From Kiritimatiellia bacterium (GTDB lineage: Bacteria; Verrucomicrobiota; Kiritimatiellia; CAIQIC01; Lenti-01): a stretch of 64,000 nt of DNA. The translations under genes were made by a program, and so were the position numbers. The notes beneath the pieces were generated by a model. It was not told where the DNA came from. It did no database searches and was given only the letters and a program-made list of their open reading frames with translations. Each line of letters begins with the position of its first letter. The first letter of the stretch is position 1. Below, in pieces: positions 1-10,550 of this stretch. The DNA lies in contig JBFXHR010000011.1 of NCBI GenBank assembly GCA_050176815.1, forward strand, positions 1,055-65,054, given 5' to 3'.

Positions 1-528
1 TTGCTGGCGGTGATCGTCGGCCTGGGCGCGATGGGCATGTACAACGGCGTCGTAACGAAGGACGAGGCTTGCAACAAGGCATGGGGCAACGTGGAATCCG
101 TGCTGCAGCGGCGGTTCGACCTGATTCCGAATTTGGTCGGCACGGTGAAGGGCTACGCCGGACACGAAAAGGGCGTGCTGGAAGAAATCACGCGCCTGCG
201 CAGCCAGTGGGGCGAGGCGAAAACGCCGGCGGAGAAAGTCGGCGCGGCCTCGGGGCTGGAAGGCGCGCTGGGCCGCCTGATGGTCGTGGTGGAAAACTAT
301 CCCGAGCTGAAGGCCAACCAGAACTTCATCGCCCTGCAGGACGAACTGGCAGGGACGGAAAACCGGATCAGCGTCGAACGCCAGCGGTACAACGAATCGG
401 TGCAGGCGTACAACACGGCCATCCGCCGCTTTCCGACGGCCCTGGTGGCGCGACTCGCGGGTTTTGCCGCGCGTTCGCCGTTCGAGGCCGCGGCGGCCGC
501 CGCCCAGGCCCCGACGGTCGAATTTTAG
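1..528 (+). CDS. lemA: LemA family protein (N-terminus cut by window edge)
   Basis: ORF 1..528 with LemA-like sequence (NVESVLQRRFDLIPNLV, ENYPELKAN, ELAGTENRISVERQRYN). Stop TAG at 526-528. Confidence 0.85.
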   Translation: MLAVIVGLGAMGMYNGVVTKDEACNKAWGNVESVLQRRFDLIPNLVGTVKGYAGHEKGVLEEITRLRSQWGEAKTPAEKVGAASGLEGALGRLMVVVENYPELKANQNFIALQDELAGTENRISVERQRYNESVQAYNTAIRRFPTALVARLAGFAARSPFEAAAAAAQAPTVEF

Positions 529-625
529 GGAAGCGCCCCCGGATCGGGGGGATTGAGGCTTGTTTTCCGCCCTGCGGCGGGTATTCTTGCGCACTTCTCG
601 TTGAACAGGAGATGGGAGCGGTTTC

Positions 626-1939
626 ATGTCGAAAATGAAGGAAATCGGAGTGGCGGTGCTGGGGTTCGGCACGGTGGGGGCCGGCGTGGTCGAAACCTTG
701 CAGAAGAACGGCGATCTGCTGGCGGAACGGCTGGGCGTGCGCCTGGCGCTGCGCGGGGTGGCGGACCTGGACGTGACGACCGACCGCGGCGTGCAGATCG
801 ATCCGGCGCTGCTGACGACGGACGGGGCGGCGCTGGTGGCGCGGCCGGACGTGGACGTGGTGGTGGAGCTGATCGGCGGGACCGGCGCGGCCAAGGCCTT
901 CATTTTGCAGGCCCTGAAGCTGGGCAAGCCGGTGGTGACCGCCAACAAGAAGCTGCTGGCCGAGCACGGCGAGGAAATCCACCGCGCGGCGGAAGCGCAC
1001 AACACCGAAATTCTCTTCGAAGCCTCCGTCGGCGGCGGCATTCCGATCGTCAAGGCCCTGCGCGAAGGGCTGTGCGCGAACCGCATCCAGAGCCTCTACG
1101 GCATCCTCAACGGCACCTGCAACTACATCCTGACCCGGATGGAGGACGAGCAGCTGCCGTTCGACGAGGTGCTGAAGGCGGCGCAGGCGGCGGGCTACGC
1201 GGAGGCGGAGCCGAGCCTGGACGTGGACGGCCACGACACGGCGCACAAGGCGGCGGTGCTGGCTTCGCTGGCCTACGGCTGCAACGTGCCGCTGGCGAAG
1301 GTGCGCGTGGCGGGCATCCGCGGCATCGCGCAGGCGGACATCGCCTACGCGGCGGAAATGGGCTACCGCATCAAGCTGCTGGCGATCATCCGCGGCGAGG
1401 CCGAGGGCGTGGAAGCCAGCGTGCAGCCGACGTTGGTGAAACACAGCCACCAGCTGGCGGCGGTGTCGGGCGTGTTCAACGCGGTGCTGGTGAAGGGCGA
1501 CGTGGTCGGCACCACGCTGTATTACGGGCGCGGCGCGGGCCGCGCGGCGACGGCCAGCGCGGTGGTGGCCGACCTGGCCGACGCGGCGCTGAATTTGCGC
1601 GCCGGCGGCCGCCGGCGCGATTTGAGCGCGGTCCACGCCAAGACCCCGGTCGCGTTCCGCGATCCGGGCGCGATCGTGGCGCGCCACTACCTGCGGCTGT
1701 CCATGAAAGACGAGCCGGGCACCCTGGCGCGCGCGGCGACGGTGCTGGGCGCGCACCGGATCGGCATCGATTCGGTCATGCAGAAGGAAGCGGCCAAGGG
1801 CGCGGCCTACGTGCCCGTGATTCTCGTGACCGGCCCGGCGCCGGAGCGCGAGATCGCGGCGGCCTTGGCGGAAATCGCCGCGCTGGACGGCGTGGTGGAC
1901 CGCCCGGCGGTGGCCTACCGCATCGAAGATTTCGAATAG
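626..1939 (+). CDS. hom: homoserine dehydrogenase
   Basis: 437-aa ORF. N-terminal Rossmann motif VLGFGTVGAG, homoserine-DH catalytic core, C-terminal ACT-like region. Lies directly upstream of lysC. Confidence 0.9.
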   Translation: MSKMKEIGVAVLGFGTVGAGVVETLQKNGDLLAERLGVRLALRGVADLDVTTDRGVQIDPALLTTDGAALVARPDVDVVVELIGGTGAAKAFILQALKLGKPVVTANKKLLAEHGEEIHRAAEAHNTEILFEASVGGGIPIVKALREGLCANRIQSLYGILNGTCNYILTRMEDEQLPFDEVLKAAQAAGYAEAEPSLDVDGHDTAHKAAVLASLAYGCNVPLAKVRVAGIRGIAQADIAYAAEMGYRIKLLAIIRGEAEGVEASVQPTLVKHSHQLAAVSGVFNAVLVKGDVVGTTLYYGRGAGRAATASAVVADLADAALNLRAGGRRRDLSAVHAKTPVAFRDPGAIVARHYLRLSMKDEPGTLARAATVLGAHRIGIDSVMQKEAAKGAAYVPVILVTGPAPEREIAAALAEIAALDGVVDRPAVAYRIEDFE

Positions 1940-1963
1940 AACGAACTGAGGAGAGACCCGAAG

Positions 1964-3226
1964 ATGGCCTTGTACGTGCAGAAATACGGCGGCAGTTCCG
2001 TGGCGGACGCCGAATGCATGCGCCGCGTGGCGCAGCGCATCGACGACACGCGGCGCGCCGGCAACCAGGTGGTGGTGGTGGTGAGCGCCATGGGCGACAC
2101 GACCGACGACCTGATCGCGCTGGCGAAGCAGGTGAACCCCGAGCCCAACGAACGCGAAATGGACAGCCTGATGGCCACCGGCGAGATGGCCTCCAGCGCG
2201 ATCCTGACGATGGCGCTCCACGCCCGCGGCGTGCCGGCGATCTCCATGACCGGCCACCAGGCCGGCATCCGGGTGGACGGCACGCACCTGAAGGCGAAGA
2301 TCGAAGCCATCGATCCCCAGCGCATCCATCGGCACCTGGATCTGGGCCAGGTGGTGGTGGTGGCGGGGTTCCAAGGCACGAATCCGGCCGAAGACATCGC
2401 GACGCTGGGCCGGGGCGGGTCGGATACGACCGCCGTGGCGCTGGCGGCGGCGCTGAAGGCCGACCGCTGCCAGATCCTCAAGGACGTGGACGGCGTCTTC
2501 ACCGCGAATCCCCGCGTGGTGCCGACGGCGCGCAAGCTCGACGCCATCGCCTACGAGGAGATGCTGGAGCTGGCGAGCGCCGGGTCGGAGGTCCTGCAGT
2601 CGCGCGCCGTGGAGTTCGCCAAGAACTACGGCGTGGTTTTGGAAGTGCTTTCGAGTTTCGAAGTCAAGCCCGGCACGCTGGTCCGGGAGGAGGATAAGGA
2701 AATGGAACAGATGATCATCCGCGGCATCGCCGCCGACAAGAACCAGGCCAAGGCGACCCTGCTGGGCGTGCCCGACACCCCGGGCGTGGCCGCGCGCATC
2801 TTCAAGGCGCTGGCCGCCGCCAACCTCAACGTGGACATGATCGTCCAGAACGTCAGCGCGGCGGGCGTCACCGACGTCTCCTTCACGGTGGCGAAGGACG
2901 ACATCAACAAGACCCAGCGCACGATCGCGCCGCTGGTGAAGCAGATCCGGGCCGCGGGCCTGAGCTTCGACGGCGACATCGCCAAGGTCAGCCTCGTGGG
3001 CGTGGGCATGAAGAGCCATTCCGGCGTGGCCTACAAGATGTTCGACGTGCTGGCCGAAAACGAAATCAACATCGAGATGATCTCGACGTCCGAGATCAAG
3101 ATCTCGGTGGCGATCCGCGCGAAGGACGCCGACCAGGCGGTCCGCGCGCTGCACGACGCGTTCGGCATGGGCGCCGCGCCGAAGAAAAAAGCGCCGGCGA
3201 AAAAGAACGCCGCGAAGAAGAAGTAG
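1964..3226 (+). CDS. lysC: aspartate kinase
   Basis: 420 aa. Starts MALYVQKYGGSSV (aspartokinase signature) and has two C-terminal ACT-type repeats. Carries an unusual Lys-rich C-terminal tail (PKKKAPAKKNAAKKK). Confidence 0.93.
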   Translation: MALYVQKYGGSSVADAECMRRVAQRIDDTRRAGNQVVVVVSAMGDTTDDLIALAKQVNPEPNEREMDSLMATGEMASSAILTMALHARGVPAISMTGHQAGIRVDGTHLKAKIEAIDPQRIHRHLDLGQVVVVAGFQGTNPAEDIATLGRGGSDTTAVALAAALKADRCQILKDVDGVFTANPRVVPTARKLDAIAYEEMLELASAGSEVLQSRAVEFAKNYGVVLEVLSSFEVKPGTLVREEDKEMEQMIIRGIAADKNQAKATLLGVPDTPGVAARIFKALAAANLNVDMIVQNVSAAGVTDVSFTVAKDDINKTQRTIAPLVKQIRAAGLSFDGDIAKVSLVGVGMKSHSGVAYKMFDVLAENEINIEMISTSEIKISVAIRAKDADQAVRALHDAFGMGAAPKKKAPAKKNAAKKK

Positions 3227-3258
3227 GAAGCGGGCCGTCCGGGCCCGGGGAGATCCGC

Positions 3259-4857
3259 ATGAAGAAGGTCATCGTCTACGACACGACCCTGCGCGACGGC
3301 GCGCAGGGGGAGGGCATCAGCTTTTCCCTGCCGGCCAAGATTCGGATCGCCCGCTGCCTGGACGAGTTCGGCATCGACTATATCGAGGGCGGTTTCGCCG
3401 CGTCGAACCCGAAGGACATGGCGTTCTTCAAGGAAATGAAGCAGGTGAAGCTGAAACACGCCCGATTGGCGGCGTTCGGCAGCACGCGGCGCGCGGGCGT
3501 CGCGGCGGGGCAGGATGCCGGCCTGGCCGCGATCCTGAAGGCCGGCGCGCCGGTGGCGACCATCTTCGGCAAGAGCTGGCTGCTGCACGTCGAGAAGGTC
3601 CTCAAGACCACGCCCGGGGAAAACCTGGCGATGATCGCCGATTCCGTGCGCTACCTGAAAAAGCGCGGCAAGGAAGTGCTCTACGACGCCGAACACTTCT
3701 ACGACGGCTATCTCGACAACCCGGACTATGCGCTGCGCACGCTGCAGGCCGCGGCGGACGCCGGCGCGGACGCGCTGGTGCTGTGCGACACCAACGGCGG
3801 CCGGCTGACCTCCGAGATCGTGCGGATCACCGCGGCGGTGGCGGCGCGCTTTCCCCGGACGCGGCTGGGCATCCACGCGCACAACGACGCCGAACTGGCC
3901 GTGGCCAACTCGCTGGCGGCGGTCGAGGCCGGCGCGACGATGGTGCAGGGCACCATCAACGGCTACGGCGAACGGACCGGCAACGCGAACCTGTGCTCCA
4001 TCATTCCCGGCCTGGCCCTCAAGCTGGGCGCGCCGATGGCTTGCGGCCCCCGCCTGCGGAAACTGCGCAGCGTTTCGCTGCTGGTGGACGAAATCGCCGA
4101 CCAGCGGCCGGCGAAAAACCGCCCCTACGTGGGCGAAAGCGCGTTCGCCCACAAGGCGGGCATGCACGTGGACGCGGTCAGCAAGACGTCCAAGAGCTTC
4201 GAACACGTCGATCCGGAAAGCGTCGGAAACGAACGGCGCATCCTGATGAGCGAACTGTCGGGCGCCAGCAACGTGCGCCTCAAGACCGGCGAAATGGGGC
4301 TGGTGTTCCAGAAGGATTCGCCGGCGGTGAAGGACATCCTGCGCAAGCTGGAACATCTGGAAAAGCACGGCTACGCCTTTGAGTCGGCGGATGCCTCGTT
4401 CAAGCTCCTGGTGCAGAAGGTGCTGAAGAAGCACGTGCCGTTCTTCGAACTGAAAGGGTTCAGCGTCGTGGTGGAGAAGACCGACGCCGCGAGCAAGGCG
4501 ACGACCGTCGCCACCATCAAGATCGCCGTGAAGGGCAAGACGGAATTGACCGCGGGCGAGGGCGACGGTCCCGTGGACGCGCTCAACGACGCCCTGCGCA
4601 AGGTGCTGCACCGGTTCTATCCGGCCATCGATTCGGTGGTCCTGCAGGACTACCACGTGCGCATCCTCAACCCCGAATCGGCGACCCAGGCGACGACGCG
4701 CGTGCTGATCGATTCGTCCGACGGACGCGACCGCTGGGGCACCGTGGGCGTGAGCGAAAACATCATCGAGGCGTCGTGGGAAGCGCTGGTGGACAGCGTG
4801 GAATACAAGCTGTTCCTCGACGAGCAGCGCCGAACGGCGAAAAAGACGCGCGCGTGA
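3259..4857 (+). CDS. cimA: citramalate synthase / 2-isopropylmalate synthase family (CimA-type)
   Basis: 532 aa. HMGL-like barrel motif YDTTLRDGAQ at the N-terminus and a LeuA-dimer-type C-terminal domain. Length and N-terminus fit CimA better than LeuA. Confidence 0.8.
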   Translation: MKKVIVYDTTLRDGAQGEGISFSLPAKIRIARCLDEFGIDYIEGGFAASNPKDMAFFKEMKQVKLKHARLAAFGSTRRAGVAAGQDAGLAAILKAGAPVATIFGKSWLLHVEKVLKTTPGENLAMIADSVRYLKKRGKEVLYDAEHFYDGYLDNPDYALRTLQAAADAGADALVLCDTNGGRLTSEIVRITAAVAARFPRTRLGIHAHNDAELAVANSLAAVEAGATMVQGTINGYGERTGNANLCSIIPGLALKLGAPMACGPRLRKLRSVSLLVDEIADQRPAKNRPYVGESAFAHKAGMHVDAVSKTSKSFEHVDPESVGNERRILMSELSGASNVRLKTGEMGLVFQKDSPAVKDILRKLEHLEKHGYAFESADASFKLLVQKVLKKHVPFFELKGFSVVVEKTDAASKATTVATIKIAVKGKTELTAGEGDGPVDALNDALRKVLHRFYPAIDSVVLQDYHVRILNPESATQATTRVLIDSSDGRDRWGTVGVSENIIEASWEALVDSVEYKLFLDEQRRTAKKTRA

Positions 4858-4896
4858 CGCGGGCCGCGCCGGCGGCCGGCGGCGCGGGAGGATTCC

Positions 4897-6282
4897 ATGA
4901 GCGATTTGTTCGAACCATCTCCGGCGGAAAAGCCGGAATCCGCGGTCGCGCACCGCCCGCTGGCGGCGCGCATGCGGCCGCGCACCCTGGAAGACATCGC
5001 CGGGCAGGACCATATTCTGGGGCCGGGGAAGCTCCTGCGGCGGGCCATCGAGGCGGATCGCCTTTCGAGCCTCATCCTCTATGGACCGCCGGGCTGCGGG
5101 AAGACCTCGCTGGCGGAGGTGATCGCCCTCACGACGAAACGGGCCTTCGACCGTTCCAGCGGCGTGCTGTCGAACGTGGCGGGCCTGCGGAAATCCCTGG
5201 AGGCTGCCAAACAGCGCCGGCTGGCGTCCAAACGGGAGACCATCCTGTTCATCGATGAAATCCATCGCTTCAACAAGGCCCAGCAGGACGTGCTGCTGCC
5301 GTACGTGGAGGAGGGGGCGGTCACGCTGATCGGCGCGACGACGCACAATCCGTTTTTCTTCATCAACAATCCGCTGGTGTCCCGCAGCCAGATTTTCCAG
5401 CTGGAACCGCTGGGGGAGGCGGCGGTCCGGACCCTGCTGCAGCGCGCCCTGTCCAGCCCGGACGGGCTGGGACGCCTGAAGATCTCGGTGGACGACTCCG
5501 CCATGGCCCATTTGGCGGCGGTGTGCGAAGGGGATGGGCGGCGGGCCCTCAATGCGCTGGAAATCGCGGCGCTGACCACCGCGCCCGACGCGGACGGGAC
5601 GATCCACGTCACCCGCGCGGCGACGGAAGAAAGCATCCAGAAAAAGGCGGTGCTCTACGACCACGACGAAGACGGGCACTACGACACCGTTTCGGCCTTC
5701 ATCAAAAGCATCCGGGGGTCGGACCCGAACGCCGCGCTGTATTGGCTGGCCAAGATGCTCTACGCGGGGGAGGATCCGCGGTTCGTGGCGCGGCGGCTGG
5801 TGATTTTGGCCAGCGAAGACGTCGGCAACGCCGACCCGCGCGGATTGAGCGTGGCCGTCGCCACGATGGAAGCCGTGGACTTCGTGGGCATGCCGGAAGC
5901 CCGCATCGCCTTGGCGCAGGCGACGACCTATCTGGCGACGGCGCCCAAGAGCAATGCCGCCTATTTGGGGCTGGAGGCCGCCACGGCCGACATCCAGGCG
6001 GGCCGGACCCTGCCGGTGCCGCGCCCGCTCCGCAGCACGGGGTCCCAGCGGGCGGCCCAGGCCTTCGGACACCAAGGCTACCAGTACGCGCACGACTTCG
6101 AGGGGCACTTCGTCGACCAGGAATACGTGCCGACGGACAAAATCTACTACCAGCCGACTTCGGAAGGCTACGAGGAGGTCATCCGCAAGCGGATCGAGCA
6201 CTGGAACGCCCTCCGAAAGGCCGCGCGCCAAAAGAAGCCCCCTCCGGACCGCCCGGCAAAGGATGGAACCGGGAGAGGATAG
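4897..6282 (+). CDS. rarA: replication-associated recombination protein A (AAA+ ATPase)
   Basis: 461 aa. Walker A GPPGCGKTS, Walker B FIDEIHRF, MgsA/RarA C-terminal helical domain. Confidence 0.92.
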   Translation: MSDLFEPSPAEKPESAVAHRPLAARMRPRTLEDIAGQDHILGPGKLLRRAIEADRLSSLILYGPPGCGKTSLAEVIALTTKRAFDRSSGVLSNVAGLRKSLEAAKQRRLASKRETILFIDEIHRFNKAQQDVLLPYVEEGAVTLIGATTHNPFFFINNPLVSRSQIFQLEPLGEAAVRTLLQRALSSPDGLGRLKISVDDSAMAHLAAVCEGDGRRALNALEIAALTTAPDADGTIHVTRAATEESIQKKAVLYDHDEDGHYDTVSAFIKSIRGSDPNAALYWLAKMLYAGEDPRFVARRLVILASEDVGNADPRGLSVAVATMEAVDFVGMPEARIALAQATTYLATAPKSNAAYLGLEAATADIQAGRTLPVPRPLRSTGSQRAAQAFGHQGYQYAHDFEGHFVDQEYVPTDKIYYQPTSEGYEEVIRKRIEHWNALRKAARQKKPPPDRPAKDGTGRG

Positions 6283-6318
6283 GCTTGCTTTGGGCCGCGC
6301 CGCCATATACAAAGAAAA

Positions 6319-9096
6319 ATGATTTTTGGCAAAAAGGTCACCGACATGAAACCAATGAGATTAAGCGCGGCAATGGCGGCAGGACTGTTGGCAGGGGCAT
6401 GGGCCTGGGCGGCCACGCCTTCTCCGGATTCCTACGCCAAGGTCGAGGCGTCTTCGCTGGTCGCCAGTCCGCAGAGTTCGTGGGCGCGGGCCATTCTGTT
6501 CACGGACGTGCTGAACGTCCTGCCGGCCGGCAAGCCCCAGCGGCTCGACCGTAAAAACTATCTGGCCATGAAGCTGAAGACCGTCGGCACAGTATGGGTC
6601 CCGCAGGACATGGCACTGAAATTCCAGCAACTCCAGGTCGGCAACCTGTATTCCTTTGCCGGAACGGTCGACCAGATTTCCCGGCGCTACTACATCATCG
6701 TCGATGCCTGTTACCGCATCCAGTCCGCCGAGGACATGAAGGAGAGCTGGACGGACATGCTGGCGGATTCGGCCCAGCCCGAGGCCCCGGCGGAAGGCAT
6801 TTCCGAAACCGCCATGCAGGCGCTGTTGGTGGAAGCCCAGAACAGCCTGATCAAAATGGCCAGGGAACGCAACGTCACCGTGGCCCAATTGATCGCTGGG
6901 CAGACCGATGGCGGCCAGCGCATGGCCGAAGAGATCGTGGCCACCGCCTTGCAGGGGGAATTGCGGGCGAAGAACAAGACGGCCGACGAGCTGATGATCG
7001 GCGCCGTGTTGGCCGCCCTCCAGAAACAGTCCGTCCTGGATGAATCCGCGCGAATCGCCGAAGAAAACAAGGAATTGCTTCCGGCGTTTCCCGAAGAACC
7101 CGCGGCCCCGGAAACGACGGAACCGGTGCCGCCGGAAGTGGCCGCCGTGGTGGAAAACGTCGAAACCGCTCCGGTCGAGGTTCCTCCGTCCGCGCAATCC
7201 GACGTCCCCGCGCCGGAAGCCACGGTCGAAGAAACCGCCGTTGCCGTGGCGCCGGAGGCGACTCCTCCCGCCGGGGATATGCCGCCGCCGGAAATGCCGG
7301 CCGATGAGCCGGCCATCGAAGCCGCCCCTCCGGCTCCGGAATCCGCGGCTCAGGAACCAGCCGTGGAGATCACGGAAGAAACGACGCCTCCCGCCGAGGC
7401 GCCTGTCCAGGAAAATGCCGCCGTCGCCGAAACGCCGACAGAGGAACCCATTGCTCCGGCGCCGGAAGCCCTGGCTGAAATTCCGGTTCCCGAGGCGGAA
7501 GCCGTCGCCGCGGAATTGCCGACGGCCCCCGGCGAGCCAGCGGTCGCGGAAGCGGAGCCCGCCGTTGCCGAAGCGCCGGTGGCGGAACCTGTGGCGACAA
7601 TGGACGACGTGCAAGAGGCCCTGGCGGAACTTCTGCCTTCCGAGCCGGCCGCCGAGGAAAAAGAACTTTCCGTGGCGGCTGCCGGCGACGACGAAAAGCC
7701 CTCCAGGAAATCCAAGTCCAAAAAGAAGAAAAAGACGAATAAATCCGAGGCGGAACCGTCCGAAACCGCGGCGGTCGAGGCTCCGGAGGTTTTGCCCGAA
7801 GAAGGAACCGCGATCGAGCCGCAATCGGGTTCGACGGGGGAAGAAGAAATTCCTGCGGCGCAGGCCGCCGAGCTGATTCTTCCGGAAGGCGCGGAACCGG
7901 GGGATTCGCCGGTCGCGCCGCCGCCCAGCAGCATGCTGGTGGTGCCGTTGACGGAGGCCCAACCCGTCGTTCCCATGGTCAGCGTACAGCCCACCAAGGC
8001 GGAAATCGCCCAGTTGAAAAAGCAGGAAGCCATCGAGCGCCGCGACCGGAAATTGGCCGAGCGCAAGGCGGCGGAAGAAGAAGCCGCGCGCAAGAAGGAA
8101 GCTGCCCGCCAAGCCAAACGGGAAGCCAAACGGCAGGCGGCGGAAACCAAGCGTCTCGCCGCCGAGGCCAAGCAGGCTGCCAAGGAAGCCCGCCGGGCCG
8201 AGTTGGCCCGCCAGAACGCGGAAGAACAAAAGGCGCGCGAAGAAGAAATGGCGCGCACGGAAGCCGAGCAGAAAGCCCGCCAAGATGCCGCCCAGGCGGA
8301 AGCCGAAGTGAAGAAAGCCTTGGCCGAGGAAGCCGCCCGCCTGGCCCAGCAAGAGAAGGATGCCCTGGAGGCCGTCCGCCAGGCCGAACTGATGGAGAAG
8401 CAGGCGGAATCCGCTCGCCTTCAGCGCGAGGCGACCGAAAAACGCCTGGCGGAACTCGCGGCCCGCAAAGAGGAGGCTGAAGCGGCGGCCCGCGCCGCCG
8501 AAGAGCAGAGACTCGCCGTTCGGAAAATCGTCGAGGAAGAGGTGGCGGCAGAGGCGGCTCTCCAGATCTCCGAACGGGAAGCCTTTCTGGCGGCGGAAAA
8601 GGAACGCCAAGCCGAAGCGCTGCGCATTGCCCGGGAAGTCGCCGAGCATGAAATCAAGGCGGCGGACGAATCGGCGGCGCGCATCGAGGCCGAGGCGGCC
8701 GCCCGCCGCGAAGCCGAAGAAAAGATCGTGCAGATGGAACGGGAAATCCGCGAACTGGAAGCCAAGGTTCGCCAGGCCGAAACCGATCTGCAACGGCCGG
8801 CGGGCCGTCCGCTCCAGCCGGCGGTCGCGCTTCCGGAATCCGAGCCGGTGCCGGCCGAAATTGCCGCGCCCGCCGCTCCTGCCGAACCGGTCCCGGCCCT
8901 TTCTCCGGATGAACAACGCAAAAAGGATGCGGCGGCCCGCAAGGCCGAATGGCAGGCGCGCAAGGAAGCCGCCGCGGCCGAAAAGGCCGCCGCCAAGGCC
9001 AAAGCCTCGGAAACAACGGCCAAACAGGCGGAAGAACTGCAAAAAGCCATCGAATCCGGCGATCTGCCTGAATGGATGCAGCCCGTTCAGTTCTGA
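6319..9096 (+). CDS. large secreted low-complexity protein, function unknown (globular N-domain, acidic P/E/A-rich linker, Lys patch, long K/E/A/R-rich helical region)
   Basis: 925-aa ORF. Signal-peptide-like MKPMRLSAAMAAGLLAGAWAWA (an alternative start at 6346 is likely). Strong compositional domains. The antisense 893-aa ORF is a shadow ORF. Confidence 0.7.
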   Translation: MIFGKKVTDMKPMRLSAAMAAGLLAGAWAWAATPSPDSYAKVEASSLVASPQSSWARAILFTDVLNVLPAGKPQRLDRKNYLAMKLKTVGTVWVPQDMALKFQQLQVGNLYSFAGTVDQISRRYYIIVDACYRIQSAEDMKESWTDMLADSAQPEAPAEGISETAMQALLVEAQNSLIKMARERNVTVAQLIAGQTDGGQRMAEEIVATALQGELRAKNKTADELMIGAVLAALQKQSVLDESARIAEENKELLPAFPEEPAAPETTEPVPPEVAAVVENVETAPVEVPPSAQSDVPAPEATVEETAVAVAPEATPPAGDMPPPEMPADEPAIEAAPPAPESAAQEPAVEITEETTPPAEAPVQENAAVAETPTEEPIAPAPEALAEIPVPEAEAVAAELPTAPGEPAVAEAEPAVAEAPVAEPVATMDDVQEALAELLPSEPAAEEKELSVAAAGDDEKPSRKSKSKKKKKTNKSEAEPSETAAVEAPEVLPEEGTAIEPQSGSTGEEEIPAAQAAELILPEGAEPGDSPVAPPPSSMLVVPLTEAQPVVPMVSVQPTKAEIAQLKKQEAIERRDRKLAERKAAEEEAARKKEAARQAKREAKRQAAETKRLAAEAKQAAKEARRAELARQNAEEQKAREEEMARTEAEQKARQDAAQAEAEVKKALAEEAARLAQQEKDALEAVRQAELMEKQAESARLQREATEKRLAELAARKEEAEAAARAAEEQRLAVRKIVEEEVAAEAALQISEREAFLAAEKERQAEALRIAREVAEHEIKAADESAARIEAEAAARREAEEKIVQMEREIRELEAKVRQAETDLQRPAGRPLQPAVALPESEPVPAEIAAPAAPAEPVPALSPDEQRKKDAAARKAEWQARKEAAAAEKAAAKAKASETTAKQAEELQKAIESGDLPEWMQPVQF

Positions 9097-9163
9097 CGCA
9101 GGACCGGACGATCGTTTCGTCGCCGCGCGCCGTCATTTGCCGCGCAGTCAACCGGTGGATGAT

Positions 9164-10258
9164 ATGACCAACTTGAACCAAGCAGCATATGCGATCATCA
9201 TGGCCGGCGGAAAAGGCGAACGCTTTTGGCCGTTGAGCACCTCCCGCCGGCCGAAGCAACTGCTGGCCCTGGCCGGCGGAAAACCCTTGATTCTCCAGGC
9301 CGTGGATCGGTTGGAAGGCATTGTGCCGCCGGAACGGACGTTGATCGTGACCAACCAGGGGTTTGTGCCCGCGATCCGGGAAATGCTGGGGGAGGGGAGT
9401 CCCGTCGGCGTGCTGGGGGAGCCCGTCGGCCGCGACACGGCGGCGGCCATCGCGGCCGGCGCCGCCTGGATCCAGCGCCGAGATCCCGGCGCCGTCTTCT
9501 GCGTCCTGACGGCGGATCACCTCATCGGCGACTTGCCGGTTTTCCGCGATACGCTGACGCGCGGCTTGGCGCTTTGCGCCCGGCACGACGTTCTGATGAC
9601 CATTGGCATTGAACCGTCCGCGCCGAGCAGCGCCTACGGCTATATCGAGGCCGGGGATCTATGGGAGAAATCGGGCGGCATCGATTTTTTCAAGGCCAGG
9701 CGATTCGTCGAAAAACCCGACGCGAAAACGGCGGAAGAATATCTGGCCACGGGACGCTATGCGTGGAATTCCGGCATGTTCGCCTGGTCCGTCCGCAGCA
9801 TTCAAAAAGCGTTTTCCGAATTCCGGCCCGTGCTGGCGGAAAAAATCGCGGCATGGTCTGCCTGTGCCGACGACGGCGCCTTCCAGTCCGCCCTGGAACG
9901 GGATTTCCCGGGGCTGGAAAAGATTTCGATCGACTATGCCGTCATGGAAAAAGCGAAAAACATCGTGGTATGCAAAGGAACTTTCGCCTGGGACGACGTC
10001 GGTTCCTGGCCGGCGCTGGAGGCCCATTTGCCCAAAGACGGGCAGGGGAACGCCGCGCTGGGGGATCTGGAAGCCCTCGACAGCGGCGACAACATCGTCG
10101 TGAGCGAAGGCCGCCTGACGGCGCTGGTGGGCGTTCATAATCTGGTCGTGGTGCAGGCCGACGGCGTGACTTTGGTTTGCGACAAAAACCGATCCCAGGA
10201 ACTCAAGGCCCTGCTGGCTTCGTTGCGAACGCAGCCAGGACGGAATTCAATCCTTTAA
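9164..10258 (+). CDS. mannose-1-phosphate guanylyltransferase (GDP-mannose pyrophosphorylase)
   Basis: Starts [25 protein letters not shown] (nucleotidyltransferase G-rich loop). ATG at 9164 lies within the longer ORF 8627..10258. About 364 aa, with no cupin/PMI extension. Confidence 0.85.
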   Translation: MTNLNQAAYAIIMAGGKGERFWPLSTSRRPKQLLALAGGKPLILQAVDRLEGIVPPERTLIVTNQGFVPAIREMLGEGSPVGVLGEPVGRDTAAAIAAGAAWIQRRDPGAVFCVLTADHLIGDLPVFRDTLTRGLALCARHDVLMTIGIEPSAPSSAYGYIEAGDLWEKSGGIDFFKARRFVEKPDAKTAEEYLATGRYAWNSGMFAWSVRSIQKAFSEFRPVLAEKIAAWSACADDGAFQSALERDFPGLEKISIDYAVMEKAKNIVVCKGTFAWDDVGSWPALEAHLPKDGQGNAALGDLEALDSGDNIVVSEGRLTALVGVHNLVVVQADGVTLVCDKNRSQELKALLASLRTQPGRNSIL

Positions 10259-10283
10259 GAATAAAAACCACAGGAGATCCGCC

Positions 10284-10442
10284 ATGAAATATCTATGCAC
10301 CGTGTGTGGCTACGTGTACGATCCCGCCACTGGCGATCCAGACGGCGGAATTGCGCCCGGAACTAAGTTCGAGGACATCCCGGATTCCTGGGTTTGCCCG
10401 GTCTGCGGCGTCGGCAAGGATTCGTTCGTGGCCCAAGACTGA
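10284..10442 (+). CDS. rubredoxin
   Basis: Own translation: [52 protein letters not shown]. Contains both CxxCG knuckles. Too short for the supplied ORF track. RBS-like AGGAG lies 8 nt upstream. Confidence 0.92.
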   Translation: MKYLCTVCGYVYDPATGDPDGGIAPGTKFEDIPDSWVCPVCGVGKDSFVAQD

Positions 10443-10460
10443 TAAGATTCAACGATCCTC

Positions 10461-10497
10461 GGCCGGCCATTTCCAAGGGAATGGCCGGTTTTTTTTT
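10461..10497 (+). terminator. Rho-independent terminator after rubredoxin
   Basis: GGCCGGCCATT / AATGGCCGG stem around a short loop, followed by a run of 9 T. Confidence 0.8.
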
Positions 10498-10550
10498 GCC
10501 CATCGCCGAAACCATAAGCCAACCGGCTTATTATCTTCCGCTTCCATATA

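Noticed and set aside
537-575. Hairpin CCCCCG-GAT-CGGGGG after lemA as an intrinsic terminator.
   Set aside because: The stem is short, the loop is 3 nt and there is no clean U-tract. The support is too weak to list as a feature.
368-9042. Very long antisense ORFs (368..3154 minus, 928 aa; 3031..6312 minus, 1093 aa; 6361..9042 minus, 893 aa) opposite hom-lysC-cimA-rarA and the large low-complexity gene.
   Set aside because: Their Arg/Gly/Ala/Pro-dominated composition has no recognisable motifs, and they lie exactly antisense to genes with clear homology. They are typical stop-codon-poor shadow frames of a high-GC genome.
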